Source: Neocallimastix sp. 'constans' (lineage: Eukaryota). From it: a DNA stretch of 64,000 bases. The stretch spans positions 62,001 to 126,000 of the forward strand of contig JBODTK010000158.1 of the NCBI GenBank assembly GCA_050613775.1. The letters run 5' to 3'. This document shows positions 13,826-27,209 of the stretch, in pieces. Position 1 is the stretch's first letter, and the number at the start of each line of letters is the position of its first letter. Below the pieces are notes generated by a model, which searched no databases, had not been told where the DNA came from, and was given only the letters and a program-made list of their open reading frames with translations. The position numbers and the translations under genes are program-made.

Positions 13826-16800
13826 ATAATGTTAAATACCTTATTATTTATCATATTATTTATCATATTATTTATCATATTATGAATATTTTAAAAATAT
13901 TATCTTTAAAATATTATCTTAAAATTATTATCTTAAAATTATTAATATTTGTTTAAAAAAATATTAATATATTTATATACCATAACTTTAAATACTTAAT
14001 TATTGTTAATATATCATCATATCATAATTGTTTAAATATAATAAATATAATATTTGTAAATAATTAATTAATAATTGAATTATTAAATAAAAAATATATA
14101 AAACCTAATTATTATTAATATATCAAATCATACTCTAATTGTTTAATATAGTATAATATATATAACATTTTTAAATATTAATTAAATAATTGAATTATTT
14201 AATATATAAAAAAAAAGCATAACAATAAAACATAATAAAATATAGTAAAAATTTATGAAATATAATACATTTATTATTTTTTTTATATATATTTGATTTC
14301 ATTTATATATATAGAAAAGGGATTTTATATTTTAAATTGAAATTATTTTCTATTCTTATGAGTTATATAAATAACTTTTTAATAATTGTAATACAATTAA
14401 TTATAAAAATATCAAAAATCCATTAAAAGAAAATATATATGTAATATTTTCTATTATATATGAAAATATCAAAACCTTTTTAAGATAAAATATAAAATAA
14501 TAATATTTATATATTTATTACTATTTAATATATAATCATAATAACTTTCATTAGAATTAAATCTTCTATTTAATTATTTAAAAAAAAAAAATTTTATATC
14601 TAAATTAAATATATAATTAATATATAATAATAATATCAATGAATAAATTAAAAAATTTTATTAAAATATAATAAATATTATCTCAATTTTTTAATTTATA
14701 TTAATATATATCTATTTATTATTTAAATAACTAATCATGGTATTGTCTTTGTATTAATATAATTTTGTATAATAGTTTCACAATGTTACAAAACTAGTAG
14801 AGTTATGAAAGCGATGGATAAAATATGATTTTACGTGAGACACCCTAAAAGTATAATCTATAATCAATTTATAAAAACTTGAAATGTTGAAATCTCATTA
14901 ATAAAATTTCCACAAGAACTATACAATATTTTCTTCATGATCTTCTTCATCTCTTCTTAGAATAATTAAATAATAGTTGAAAATTTAGACATATAGACTG
15001 AACTTTAATAATATATATTATTTTGTAAATAATCACAGAAATTTGGAAAAGAATATTAAAATCAAGATTTAATATTTAAATATAATTATAATTAATATAA
15101 AAAAAACCAAGGACATTCTATTTTTAAAAACCTTAATATTATCATTAAATTTAATTTTAAATTTAGTTCATATATACTAAATCATCTAATTATTGGTAAT
15201 TTCTATATACATTAACTACATATATATATATATATATTTAATATATAATATAATTAGAGATATTTGATTTATAGTATGTTTATCATTAGTTTCATTATTT
15301 TCTTTAAACAATTATGAATTTTAAATAATTTATTATTTAAAATTAAAAAATGATCGTACATATGAAGATTATTTTTTGATTTGAATAAAATCTTTCAATA
15401 ATTCCACTGAAAGTTGAAAATGAATATTTATTTACCCTTTTTATCATTCTTAATATAAACTTTATAATTAATAATGAACATTAATGATAAAAGATCAATC
15501 AGAAAAAAAGAATTAAATTGATAATTAATTAAATTACATATTATTTTTAAAGGTAAACGTAAAAATTAAAAATATATAAAGTTTTTTAAATCAATATCAA
15601 GAATATAAGAACTTTATTTTAGTTGTTAACTTATTTCTAATTAAATCAAAAATATCAATACCAAACTATTATGATAAATATGATTAATTATATTTTGATA
15701 CTAATAATTTTCTTTATCTCATAAGCATAAAAATAATTTTATTCCAATTAAAAATATATTGATAGGTTCATAATAATCAACATTCAATTCTTTGGCCATT
15801 ATTTTTCTATTAAAAATAGTCTTTATTAATAATGATAAAATTGTCTTATCATTATTAATAAATAAAAAGTATAAAACATTAAATAATTGTAATAAATTTT
15901 TAATATTACAATCTTTTTTTTATATAGATATATATATATAAATAGAATTAACAAAATTAATAATAAATTTATATTATTATAAAAAACTTCTTAATTAATA
16001 ACTTAATGTCTTATTAAATAATCTAATATCTATATAATTATTTTTTTTTGTTTTTTTTTTGTTTTTTGTTTTTGTTTTTTGTTTTTGTTTTTTGTTTTTG
16101 TGTTGCTTTGTCTTTTAATACAAAAATCATAAATTGAACTTTAATAAATATAAATCTATTAAATAAATTTATGTATAATATTTAAATCGATAATATTATG
16201 TAATGAGAAAAAAAAAAATAAAGTATTGAATAATCTATTTTATAAAAAATAAACTTATAATATTAGTATTAAATAATTATATATATATATATAGTTCTTA
16301 GTATGAATTTGAAATTCAGATTTTATAGTATAATCTTTTTTAAATTCTTCATTTTAAATTTTAATTTATCTTTCCATTTTTTTTTTTTTTTTTTGTATCT
16401 TTCCATTCTATTATTAACATTAAAGTATAATTAAAGAACTAAAATCATGATATATAATTATAGTTCTTTCAGTATTAAAGATTTTATTTTAATAAGAGAT
16501 TCAATTATGTTTTAAAATATTACACAATTATTATAAACAATTTTTTATTAAAAATTTATTACCTCCTATCGAAAATACATTTGCATATATATTAAACTTC
16601 TTTTATTCTCTTACAGTTCTGATTCAGTAATTAAATAAATTCAATAATTAAAAAAACACAATAATAGTAATTAGTAGTAATATATTTGTACAAATATAAT
16701 ATTCTTTTAATCTCTAACAGTTTCGATTTAATAATTATGAAAAATCAATAATAGTAATAATATTGAACAAATATTAAACTTTAAATATATTAAAGTTTAT

Positions 16801-18098
16801 TATTTATACAATAATGTATTAATATAAATACATTATTGTAATACATTAATAAATAAATATTCAATATTTTTAGTAATAATAATAAATCATGAACTTTTTT
16901 AAAAATTTTTTTTTATATTATATTACACGAAATATTATATATAAATTAATTATAAAATATGTATATTAAGATATATTAAAATATATTAAATTGTATTATC
17001 AAAATTGAAATAAAAAAAAAAAAAAAAAAAAGAAGATAATAAATAATAAGAAAAAATATATGAAAATATTAATTTCCACTATATATTTATCATAGCAAAT
17101 TAGTATCTAAAAAAACATACATTATAAAATGAAAATTGCAAATATGAAAAATATTTAAAAAAAGTATAATGAAATTATTAATATGACTATTATAAATTAA
17201 TATTTGTATATTTATTTTATATAAGGAAATTACTAAATTATGCATAAATGCATAGAATTATTAAATGTTAAAAATGAATAATGCATTGTTAGTAGTAATT
17301 AGAATATTTATATTTTTAGATGTATGACTTTACTAATATTAAAACTATAAAAAGTAAAATATATATTAGTATTATACTTTTTAATAAAATTACTTTTCTA
17401 TATAATATACAAATTAAAATATTTAAATTATAATAAATTAATTTTTTTTTTTATAAAAATTTTAATAACTATTATTATTAAAGTATTAATGAATGGATAT
17501 TCAAAAAAAATAACTATAACAAGAAACACCAATTAATAATATATATCTTAATTAACATTTAAAAATATAAATAATAGTAAAAAAAAAAAAAATACAATAA
17601 AAGTTTATTACAAATACAAAATATATATTAATCCACTATCATAATAATATATGTTTATAATCATCTATATGTCTTATAATTAATTAGACTTACAATTGTA
17701 TATATATAGAAAAATCCACTTTTAATTTTTATTTAATTCACAATTTTAATTATTATTAAATTTTAAAATAATAATAAAATTCACTTTAAAAATTTTAATT
17801 TTCAACTTATTAATTTAATTATTGTTATTAAAGTTTAAGTAAAATGTAAACAATATTTAATATAAATATTTTCAATTACAGTTTCAAAAATAAATGACTA
17901 ATAAATATTAATATTTTTTATTATACAATATAAGATAAAACACAAAAAAAAATAATTATAACAATATGACTAATAATTAATTATTTAATATATATTCAAT
18001 TTCCTTTCTTATGAAATTTCTATAATTATTTTTAATGACTAATGACTAATACTATTTTTTTCATTAATTACCTTTACTATTATTAGTATGACTATTTC

Positions 18099-18148
<50 letters not shown>

Positions 18149-20367
18149 CTATCATCATTACTATTAATGTTAACTATTATTATTATTTTATTATTATTAT
18201 TATTATTATTAAGCTATTACTATTATTATTTTCATTATAACTATTTCTATTACAATTATTATTACTAATATCATTACTAATTATTATTACTATAATTATT
18301 ATAATTAGGCTATTACTATTACTAATATTATGACTATTTCTATTACAATCATTATTATTACTACCATTATTACTATTACAATTAATAATAGTAGTATATT
18401 TATAAATTATTTTTATAATTTTTTAAAATATAATAATAATAATATAATGGTGTTATGAATATTATGAATATATATTTTTAAATATTCTAAAAAAAATACT
18501 AAAAGTTACAGTTAAGTATTAGTATAAATCTAAAAATTTAATTATTTATTTGAAGAATAATATTATTAATATAAAATATCTATTTTAAATATTTATGAAC
18601 TTTTATAAATAATTATATAATGTCTCATTTTCAATAAAATGTATCATTAAATAAAAAAAAATCTTTAAATTAGTATTTACCAATTAAATAAAATTTTAAT
18701 TTTATTAAATCAGATATAAATAATAATGGATACATTATTTTTTGAGTATAAGATAAAATAATTATTATTGTTATATTGAACTCTTCAAGAAGTTGGCTAT
18801 TTTTGGTATATACTATTATTTTTAAATAATAAAGATAATTTTTAGTAGTTTCATTATTGACTTTACAACAAATATACCGTATTTTTTGGTGTAACTACTT
18901 TTTATATGAAACAAATGCTAATGTATCCATTTTTTAATTTATTAATATTTTCAATATTAATATTTATTTAATATAAATATATACATATACTTATATATTA
19001 CGTATGTTCCATAATAATAAAGTATATTTCATTTTAATTAGTTATATTAGTATATTCATTAATTTCACAGGGTTAGTAAATGTTAATTACATTTTATCTG
19101 AGGATTTATTTATAGTAATATATTATTATTGAATAAAATTTTATATATTAAAATAAATTATTACAATTTAAATATATAATATTATACTTTCATGATATCT
19201 TATATTATTATCACTTTAAATTAATTTTTATGATATTTTTTGTAGATCATTTATAAAATATTATATTATTAATTTATTTAAATTAATTAAATTTTTTCAT
19301 GATTTGTTAATATTATATTATTATTATATTTTTTTTTTTGCATGAATATTATTTGTGGAATTTTCTTATAAGTTTTTTTTTTTTTTTGTTGTTATATTAA
19401 TCCTCATTTCTCTATTAAAGATTAATATGTACTTATGTAATATCATTCCTCTATTGGTATAATTATTTATTATTGATATAACTATTTATAATTGATATAA
19501 TTATTTATTTATTAGTAAAAAAAAAAAAATTTTTTATCGATTATCGATAAATTTGAAATAAATTAAAAATAAATAACTTTCATGACAATTGTATTAATAT
19601 TTAATAATCATAACTTTATTTTTGTTAAAATTTAAATATAGTATTTTTACTAGTCATGTTTATTATTTTAATTAATCCTAAAGTATTATTAATATAATTT
19701 GCTTTATAAATGATTATAACTTCAAAAAATTTTTAATTTTTTAATAGAATAATGATTACTTTTGAAAAATCAATAAAAATATGCTATTATTACTGAGAAA
19801 AAAAAAATTATTTCACTTAAGAAATGAATCTTTCACTCATCTCGAATTTATATGAGAAGAATTATATACTATCTGAAAATATTTTTTGTAATAATATAAA
19901 ATATAAATAATAATGTGGTACTTTATTCAATATACAAACAATATTAAATCTTAGAAAGTATTAAAAAAAAAAATAAAAAAAAAATAAAAAAAAACTAAAA
20001 CTATTAAATTGTATACAAAAATGAATATAAATAAAATAATACTACGATTAAAATATATTCATTTTCGATAAATAATTTTACATTGCATATAAATTAATTT
20101 CTCTGACAAAATCTCCAAAATTAAATTTATTAAAGATAAATTTTAAATTAAAAAAAAGAAGATTTTATTTAATAAAAAAAAATTTTTTTTAAAATAAAGA
20201 TAAATTACGATTTAAAATATATACAATCTACTATAACTCTTTAAAAAAAAGTTTAAGGGCAATTTACATTTGGATAACAATTTTATATTAATTGATTTAT
20301 AATAAATATACATTGAAATATTAAATAGTACAAAAATGTTTAATAATTATTATAACATTTCATAATA

Positions 20368-20404
<37 letters not shown>

Positions 20405-21423
20405 GTAATAAATTTACTATAAAACAAAAAATATATAAACAAATAAATACATTTATTAATTACAATGAAACAATTATAACTTGAAACTTCTATTTTTGAT
20501 AATAGAAATATAAGAAATATTGTAATCAATATTTTTTTAAAAATAGAATAATTATAAGAATTATTTTTCTTCATGAAATATTTAAGAATTTATATAAATA
20601 ATATCATTTTTTAAATATACATGAATTTATAAATAATGACATCTTTTAAAAGTATAAAAATTCATAAATAATGACATTTCTTATTATATAATAATTTAAT
20701 AATTAATGTCATTTATAACTTTCATTAATTTATTTTTATAAATATATATATATATATATATATTCCAAAAACTTACATAGATATATATATTAATATTTAC
20801 ATTTTCAACATTTATTCCAAATATTTCAACTTCATTATATTTATATAATGTTATCTTAATAATACACTAAATATTAAATATTTTTAAAATTATATCCCAC
20901 TATTATAATAATTTTTTTTTTTAATTTTACAGTAAAACAAAATAAATTAAAAAACAATAATAATATTAATAATAATATTTAAAATTGATATGTATTAACT
21001 GTAATTATATATATTATAACCAAAAAAATTGAATATCAAATCTTTTTGAAAGGTGAAATTATATGATTTAAACTTTTAACGGCTTAATTAAAAAAAGTTC
21101 ATAAATTAAAAGATATACAAATTTAATATTTAAATTATTGGCATATTTTTTTGTGATTAATCAAAATTACATATATATAAACACACTTTTACCTGTCCTT
21201 TTTTTTTTTTTTTTTTTTTTTTCATTCAAGAATTGTTTATATAAAAAATTTGGAATTATCTTTTTTTGGAAATATAATTTTAATTCTTTATTAATTATAA
21301 TATATTTATTATAATATAATAAAAAAAAATTTTTAATAAAATTTTTAAAATATTGTATAAAAATTCATAATCATTAATTTATTTTATAAGTAATAAAAAT
21401 TTCTAAATATTAATAATACTAAA

Positions 21424-22686
21424 ATGAAAAGAAATACTATCCTTGAAAAGTAATATAGATAATAATAAATTTATTAAAAATTAAATTAAAATATATATAA
21501 ATTTAATTAAAATATATATATTAATAATTAACAATAATTTATAATATTTATAGTACGCTTAAAGCATATATAGAAAAGCAAAAAAAATTCAAAGTTTTAA
21601 TTAAAAAAATTCAAAAATCAATACAATCTAAAGAATATAAGCAATATAACTGTCCTTTTGATGAATTCATAAAGAAGAAGTGGAAAATTTCAAAGTAATT
21701 ATAATATTTTTTAATTTTTATATTTATTTAATAAAAATAAATACTATATAAATTATTGGATTTCATCATTACTAATTTTTATATATATTATTTAAATATT
21801 TTTCATATGAAACTATTAAATGAAATAAAATATAGAGCTCGTAAGTTGAAGTTTATATAATTTAAAAAAAATAAAAAATAAAAAATTGTATTATATATAT
21901 TAATTTTTTTTTTATAAATATATAAATATTATATATTATTAGAAGCTTATCGTTACTTAATATCTGCAAAAGTAATTGATCAACTTGAAGATTTTGAAAT
22001 TCAACCATGTAAGTATAGTATAATACTTAAAAATTTTTACTTAATTAAATAATAAATAATATTATATTAATTAAATCTTTAATATCTATTCCAAAAATAC
22101 TAATAATAATAATAATAATTATAAAATAAACTAAAAAGGTTATGAACGTATCTGTAGATCTATATATAGTTATGCCAAAACTCCAACTCAAATGAAACTC
22201 TTATGGGGATCTATACTTCAAAATGCTGGAAATAGACCAGATTGTATTAATAGTTCACATGTAACAAGAACATGGAAGAAGCTTTGTTCCGATGAGAGAT
22301 ATTCTAAAATTTGTCATTATGAAGATGAAATTATAACTAAAGTTGAAAAATCAATAAAGAGAGGTACTAAATCTATAAAGCGTAAGCAATTACCTAATAA
22401 AGAAACTAAAGAAACTAAAAATATAAGTAGCACAACTCAAATAAACCAAATAAACAAAAATTCAACACCATCTAATACTGTAATAAATAATAATGAATAT
22501 CAATATGTTTCATCAAATAATTCAATTTCAAATTCTTCAAATTCACAGTATAATATTTATCCATCACCAAATATGAGTTTAGCAGTAATTCAATATGATA
22601 ATAGAAGTAATAATACTAATAATAATATTAATAATAATATTAATAATAATAATAATTATAATAATAATAATTATAATAATAATAAT

Positions 22687-22731
<45 letters not shown>

Positions 22732-23364
22732 CAAAATTCCTTTACTCAAAATCAAAGTCAAACTAGTTATCAAATAGTTTCTATAAATAATACTAATACT
22801 GCTCAATCATCATATAATGCTACTCAGTCATCATATACTGTGGCACAAACACCATATAATCAATTATCATATACTACTGCTCAACCATATAATACTAATC
22901 AATCATCATATACTACTACACAAGTATCATATAATACTTCTCAAACAACATATGGTACACCAATTATAAATATTCCTTCTATTCAAAATAATAATATACA
23001 ATATAGTTTCCCATCTCCTACAAGTAGTATCTGTAGTCCAATTGTCAAGAATGAGAGTCAATCTCCAGAATTTAATCAAGATAATAGTAATGTTCAAAAT
23101 ATTACCTATACATCAACTGTGAATATTTTAAATCCAGTAAATACTATTGAATATTCAATTATTAATAACCCATCGGATGTTAAAAATATTGTAGTTATTC
23201 CACCAGTTAATTCAGTGAATCAAACCACCACTAATATTCAACCTCAACAACAAACTGTTGAATATCGACAAGTATTACAAAATTATCAAGTAACTCAAAC
23301 TCAAATTCAAACTGTTCCTCAGGCTCAAACACAACAACCACAACAAATTATATATTATTATTAA
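21424..23364 (+). CDS. 5-exon gene, ~487 aa: basic/helical N-terminal putative DNA-binding domain plus N/Q/T/S-rich low-complexity tail (putative transcription regulator)
   Basis: Hand-spliced exons are 21424-21449, 21554-21694, 21836-21840, 21943-22008 and 22139-23364. All introns are GT-AG and the total is 1464 nt in one frame: MKRNTILENTLKAYIEKQKKFKVLIKKIQKSIQSKEYKQYNCPFDEFIKKKWKISKAQAYRYLISAKVIDQLEDFEIQPCYERICRSIYSYAKTPTQMKLLWGS..., joining the supplied 390-aa ORF. Function is inferred. Confidence 0.8.
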
Positions 23365-23795
23365 AAAAAAAAAAAAAAAAATTATTAATTATTAAAAAAT
23401 GAAATTATTATTATATTATATAGATAAAGTTAATTTTTAATTTATACTTAATGTAGATTTAAATAATATTTATATAGTAAAAAAAAAATAATTATTTTAT
23501 TATTTTATTTTGTTTTGTTTTTTAAAAAATTTTTTAAATATATTTAAGATATTTAAATTATTATTAATGAAAAATATAATTAATAATATTTTACATTTAG
23601 AAATAATTTATTAATTATATTTTTCATTAATAATAAGTATATAAGTATATATAAAATAATCATTAAAATGTAAATTATTAAAATTTAAATACAATTATTT
23701 ATATATGTACGTTTATTATTTATTTATCAATTTGTAAAAAACAAAAAAAAAAAAAAAAAAATTATTTCATTCTGTAAATATTAGTACAATCCGTT

Positions 23796-23832
<37 letters not shown>

Positions 23833-23947
23833 AAAAAGAAAATAACTATTTTCCTTTTTTTTATATATTATATTATATATATAAATAAAAAATAATAAAT
23901 AAAAAAAAATTAAGAATAAAAAGACTATACTAGCCCAACAATTTTTG

Positions 23948-23988
<41 letters not shown>

Positions 23989-24329
23989 TTTGGTTTAGTT
24001 TTTTCCATTTTTTATAAAAATTTATTTAATCTTTGTTAAAAAACATTTTTAAATATTTAAAGATGTAATTATTTATGATTATCAAAAAAATGTTTAAAAA
24101 TCATTTTTAATTATATATAAAATAAGGTTTTCAAATATTTAAAAAAGGAAAGATTAATTATTATTATTAATTGTTTAAAAATCATTAGTAATATATAAAT
24201 CAATGTTTTTAAATATTTAAAATAGGAAAGATTTATTATTACAATTTATTACAATTGTATAGAAATTATTATTAATTAATATATAAATTAATTTTCTTGG
24301 AAATAATGAACACTAAAATTGTAATTTTC

Positions 24330-24408
24330 TTGGAAATAATTAACACTAATACCAAATTTATAATTTACAATATTACTAAATTATGATATTAGTGTTAATT
24401 ATTTCCAA
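24330..24408. repeat. Fold-back hairpin with 22-bp perfect arms
   Basis: TTGGAAATAATTAACACTAATA (24330-24351) pairs with TATTAGTGTTAATTATTTCCAA (24387-24408). A direct imperfect copy of the left arm lies at ~24297. Confidence 0.8.
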
Positions 24409-24636
24409 TTTAAATAATTTTTTTTTTTTTATTTCAAAATAAATATAAATATAATTTAAATAATTTAAATGATATAGTAATTCTATATATATATATATAT
24501 TTATTTTATTTTTTTAAAAATAATTTTTGATTAATAATTTTTGTCTAATAAATTTAAATATAATTATAAACTTATAAAATTCTATAATTTTTTTTTTTTT
24601 AATGAATCTATATATTATTAATTATAATTAAATTAA

Positions 24637-25152
24637 TTTTAATAATTTCATAGAAAGTTTCTGGTGAGGAGTTTTCTTTGTTGGTCTGGTATTAAACGAA
24701 TGAAATGAACTTCATATTCTGAAGTACAAATAGTATAGTTAAGTTTGGACAAAGTTCTGGGTTAATCATGACATCTTTTAAAGTTTCATGAACTAAAATA
24801 ATTACATTCAAGTGAAATCCTCCTTCGCTGAAATAACTATCTAATAAACCAGAAAAATTGGTAACACATTCATCTTTAAACTTAGAGGTTGGAATACAAG
24901 TGAAAGTGTTAAAAATGGCATCTTTACAATATTCATATTCAATTTTATTATAAGAGTTAAGTGAAATAATTACTCTGTTAATTTTACATTCATACATTTA
25001 AATTACAAGATAGATTAAAAGCTTCTTCGACTTTGTCCTTTGTGATCTTTTGGTGTAGAACAGGTCTTCTTACTATAAACAGTATTTGAAGTAATAGTTG
25101 AAACAAATAAAGAAAGTTCAGAATTTCTGTAAACTAAATACTTCTTTAATAT

Positions 25153-25221
<69 letters not shown>

Positions 25222-25910
25222 ATTGAAATTTTAATAGCAAAATGATCAATACCATCATCATCATTATTAAATTTTTGGAATTCATCTTCGATTTTGAAAT
25301 CTGTAGTTAAATTAGTTTCTTTATTACTACTTTAGAAAACCTTATCATATTTAATAGTAGAGAAGAAATCAGTAGTTACATTGAATCCTAAAATACTAAA
25401 AGTCATATAACAATGAATATAAGTATCATAAAATACTATTTAAATAGCTTCATGATAATATCTATTATTCATAGAATTAATAATAAAAACAATTTATGGC
25501 TATATTAAAAATGTTTCCCATATTGATTCGAAATTGAGATATCTATCTTCATTTAATTTAACATGACCAAAATTTTAGTTCAACTTATTTTTTTTTTTTT
25601 TTTAAATTCTTTCATCATATTCGTAATTGAAGACATAAAATAAAATTTTAGTTAAATTGCAACAAGCTCTAAAAAATATATTTTTTTACTAACACTTACA
25701 TGAAACATGTCAGGCAAGAGTACAATCATCATCAAGTATATTATTCATATAATAATCAATTTTATATTGTATTGAAGTAGTTTCAATGGAAATTTTATTA
25801 CAAAAACATTTGAAGGGAGTTGGAAATTTATTGGTCCATAAATCAAAAATATTTAGTTCAGGAAATCCAACAATCCAACAATTAACTGTTAAGTATTAAT
25901 ATTATGATAT
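24637..25910 (-). pseudogene. PFL pseudogene (3' ~55% of the gene)
   Basis: Colinear with PFL from about the PEPNI/PTPFK region to the C-terminus. The residual ORF 24692-24997 contains YEYCKD..NTFT and GGFHLNV. There are frameshifts, stops and a 65-nt poly(A) at 25156-25220. The radical motif has decayed to TICTSEY and lies out of frame. Confidence 0.92.
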
Positions 25911-26004
25911 AAAAAGAAATAACCCCCTGATATAATTTTATTTAATTTATTTTATAATATCATCAACTGGATATAAACATGTAAATAAATATAATATAAT
26001 ATAT

Positions 26005-26059
<55 letters not shown>

Positions 26060-26200
26060 GATACATATTATATTTATTTGATTATCTGATTGTTGATATA
26101 ATATTATTTTTATCTATATTATAAATTTTATATAAATTATTATTAATCTTAAGGTTAGATTACGCATTATTACCATTATAGTATTTGTAATATATATTTA

Positions 26201-26626
26201 GGGGATTATGCACCTCGCAATCGTGCATTTCACAATGTGGCGTATATATATTTTTAAATAAAGCCATATATTTTTAAGATATTCTATATAATCATAAACA
26301 AATATACAAATAATTATTTTAAAAGAAATAATAATATATTTTTTCAATTAAATATTATTAAAGAACTATTTCAAAAGAAATAATAATATATTCTATTAAA
26401 AATGAATTAGAAAAAATTATTTTTATAATTGAATATTAATAAATTATATATATAAAATAAGAATATTTTATTATTTATTTAATTATTATTTATTTAATTA
26501 TTATTTAATTATTATTTATTTGATTATTATTTATTTGATTATTATTTATTTGATTATTAAAATAAGCTACATACATAATTACGCCACATTACAAAATGAT
26601 GCACGATTACGAAACGCACTAGATTC
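26201..26626. mobile_element. Mutator-like MITE (non-autonomous DNA transposon)
   Basis: Imperfect ~45-bp TIRs: the left reads ...GCACCTCGCAATCGTGCATTTCACAATGTGGCGTA and the right TACGCCACATTACAAAATGATGCACGATTACGAAACGC. A 9-bp direct repeat ATATATTTA flanks it at 26192-26200 and 26627-26635. The interior is AT-rich and non-coding. Confidence 0.75.
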
Positions 26627-27177
26627 ATATATTTATAATATATAATTTAATTGGTTTTATGTATTTTATTCGTCTCGTGTCCTTGTTTTATTTTAATATA
26701 TCATGTATATTACTAACAAATTTTTTTTTTTTTTTAAAGATAAACAAATGTGGAATAATTATATATTAATACTAAACTTAATATGAATTATTTAATAATA
26801 AAAATTATTATGAGGTATTTTTTACCTACTTTCATCATAATTAATAATAAAAAAAAATCTTTGATATTGATAATTGTTAAATAAATAACTGTTAAAATAA
26901 ATTAATTTAAATAAAAATAATAAATATATAATAAATAAATATAAAAATAGATAATCAATAAGATAATAATAATTATATATTATAATAATTCTTTTTTTTT
27001 TTTTTTTTATTTCAAAATAATTATAAAATGAGCTTCAATGGATATATGTAAACAAATAATATTTCAAAAAATAAAATCTAAAAATTCTAATCATATTATT
27101 TATCCATAATTATATTAACATAATATTAATACTAAATATACTAAAAAAGATATTTATCAACAAATTTGATGTATTTA

Positions 27178-27209
<32 letters not shown>

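Noticed and set aside
18875..18900. TACCGTATTTTT as a Tc1/pogo-type TIR start (also at ~55525)
   Set aside because: No matching inverted end was found nearby, and the match is too short to support.
24692..24997. 101-aa ORF as a GrcA/YfiD-like autonomous glycyl-radical spare part
   Set aside because: It covers the right C-terminal region, but the RVSGY motif is destroyed by a frameshift and a Gly-to-Glu change, and it lies inside a longer decayed PFL copy.
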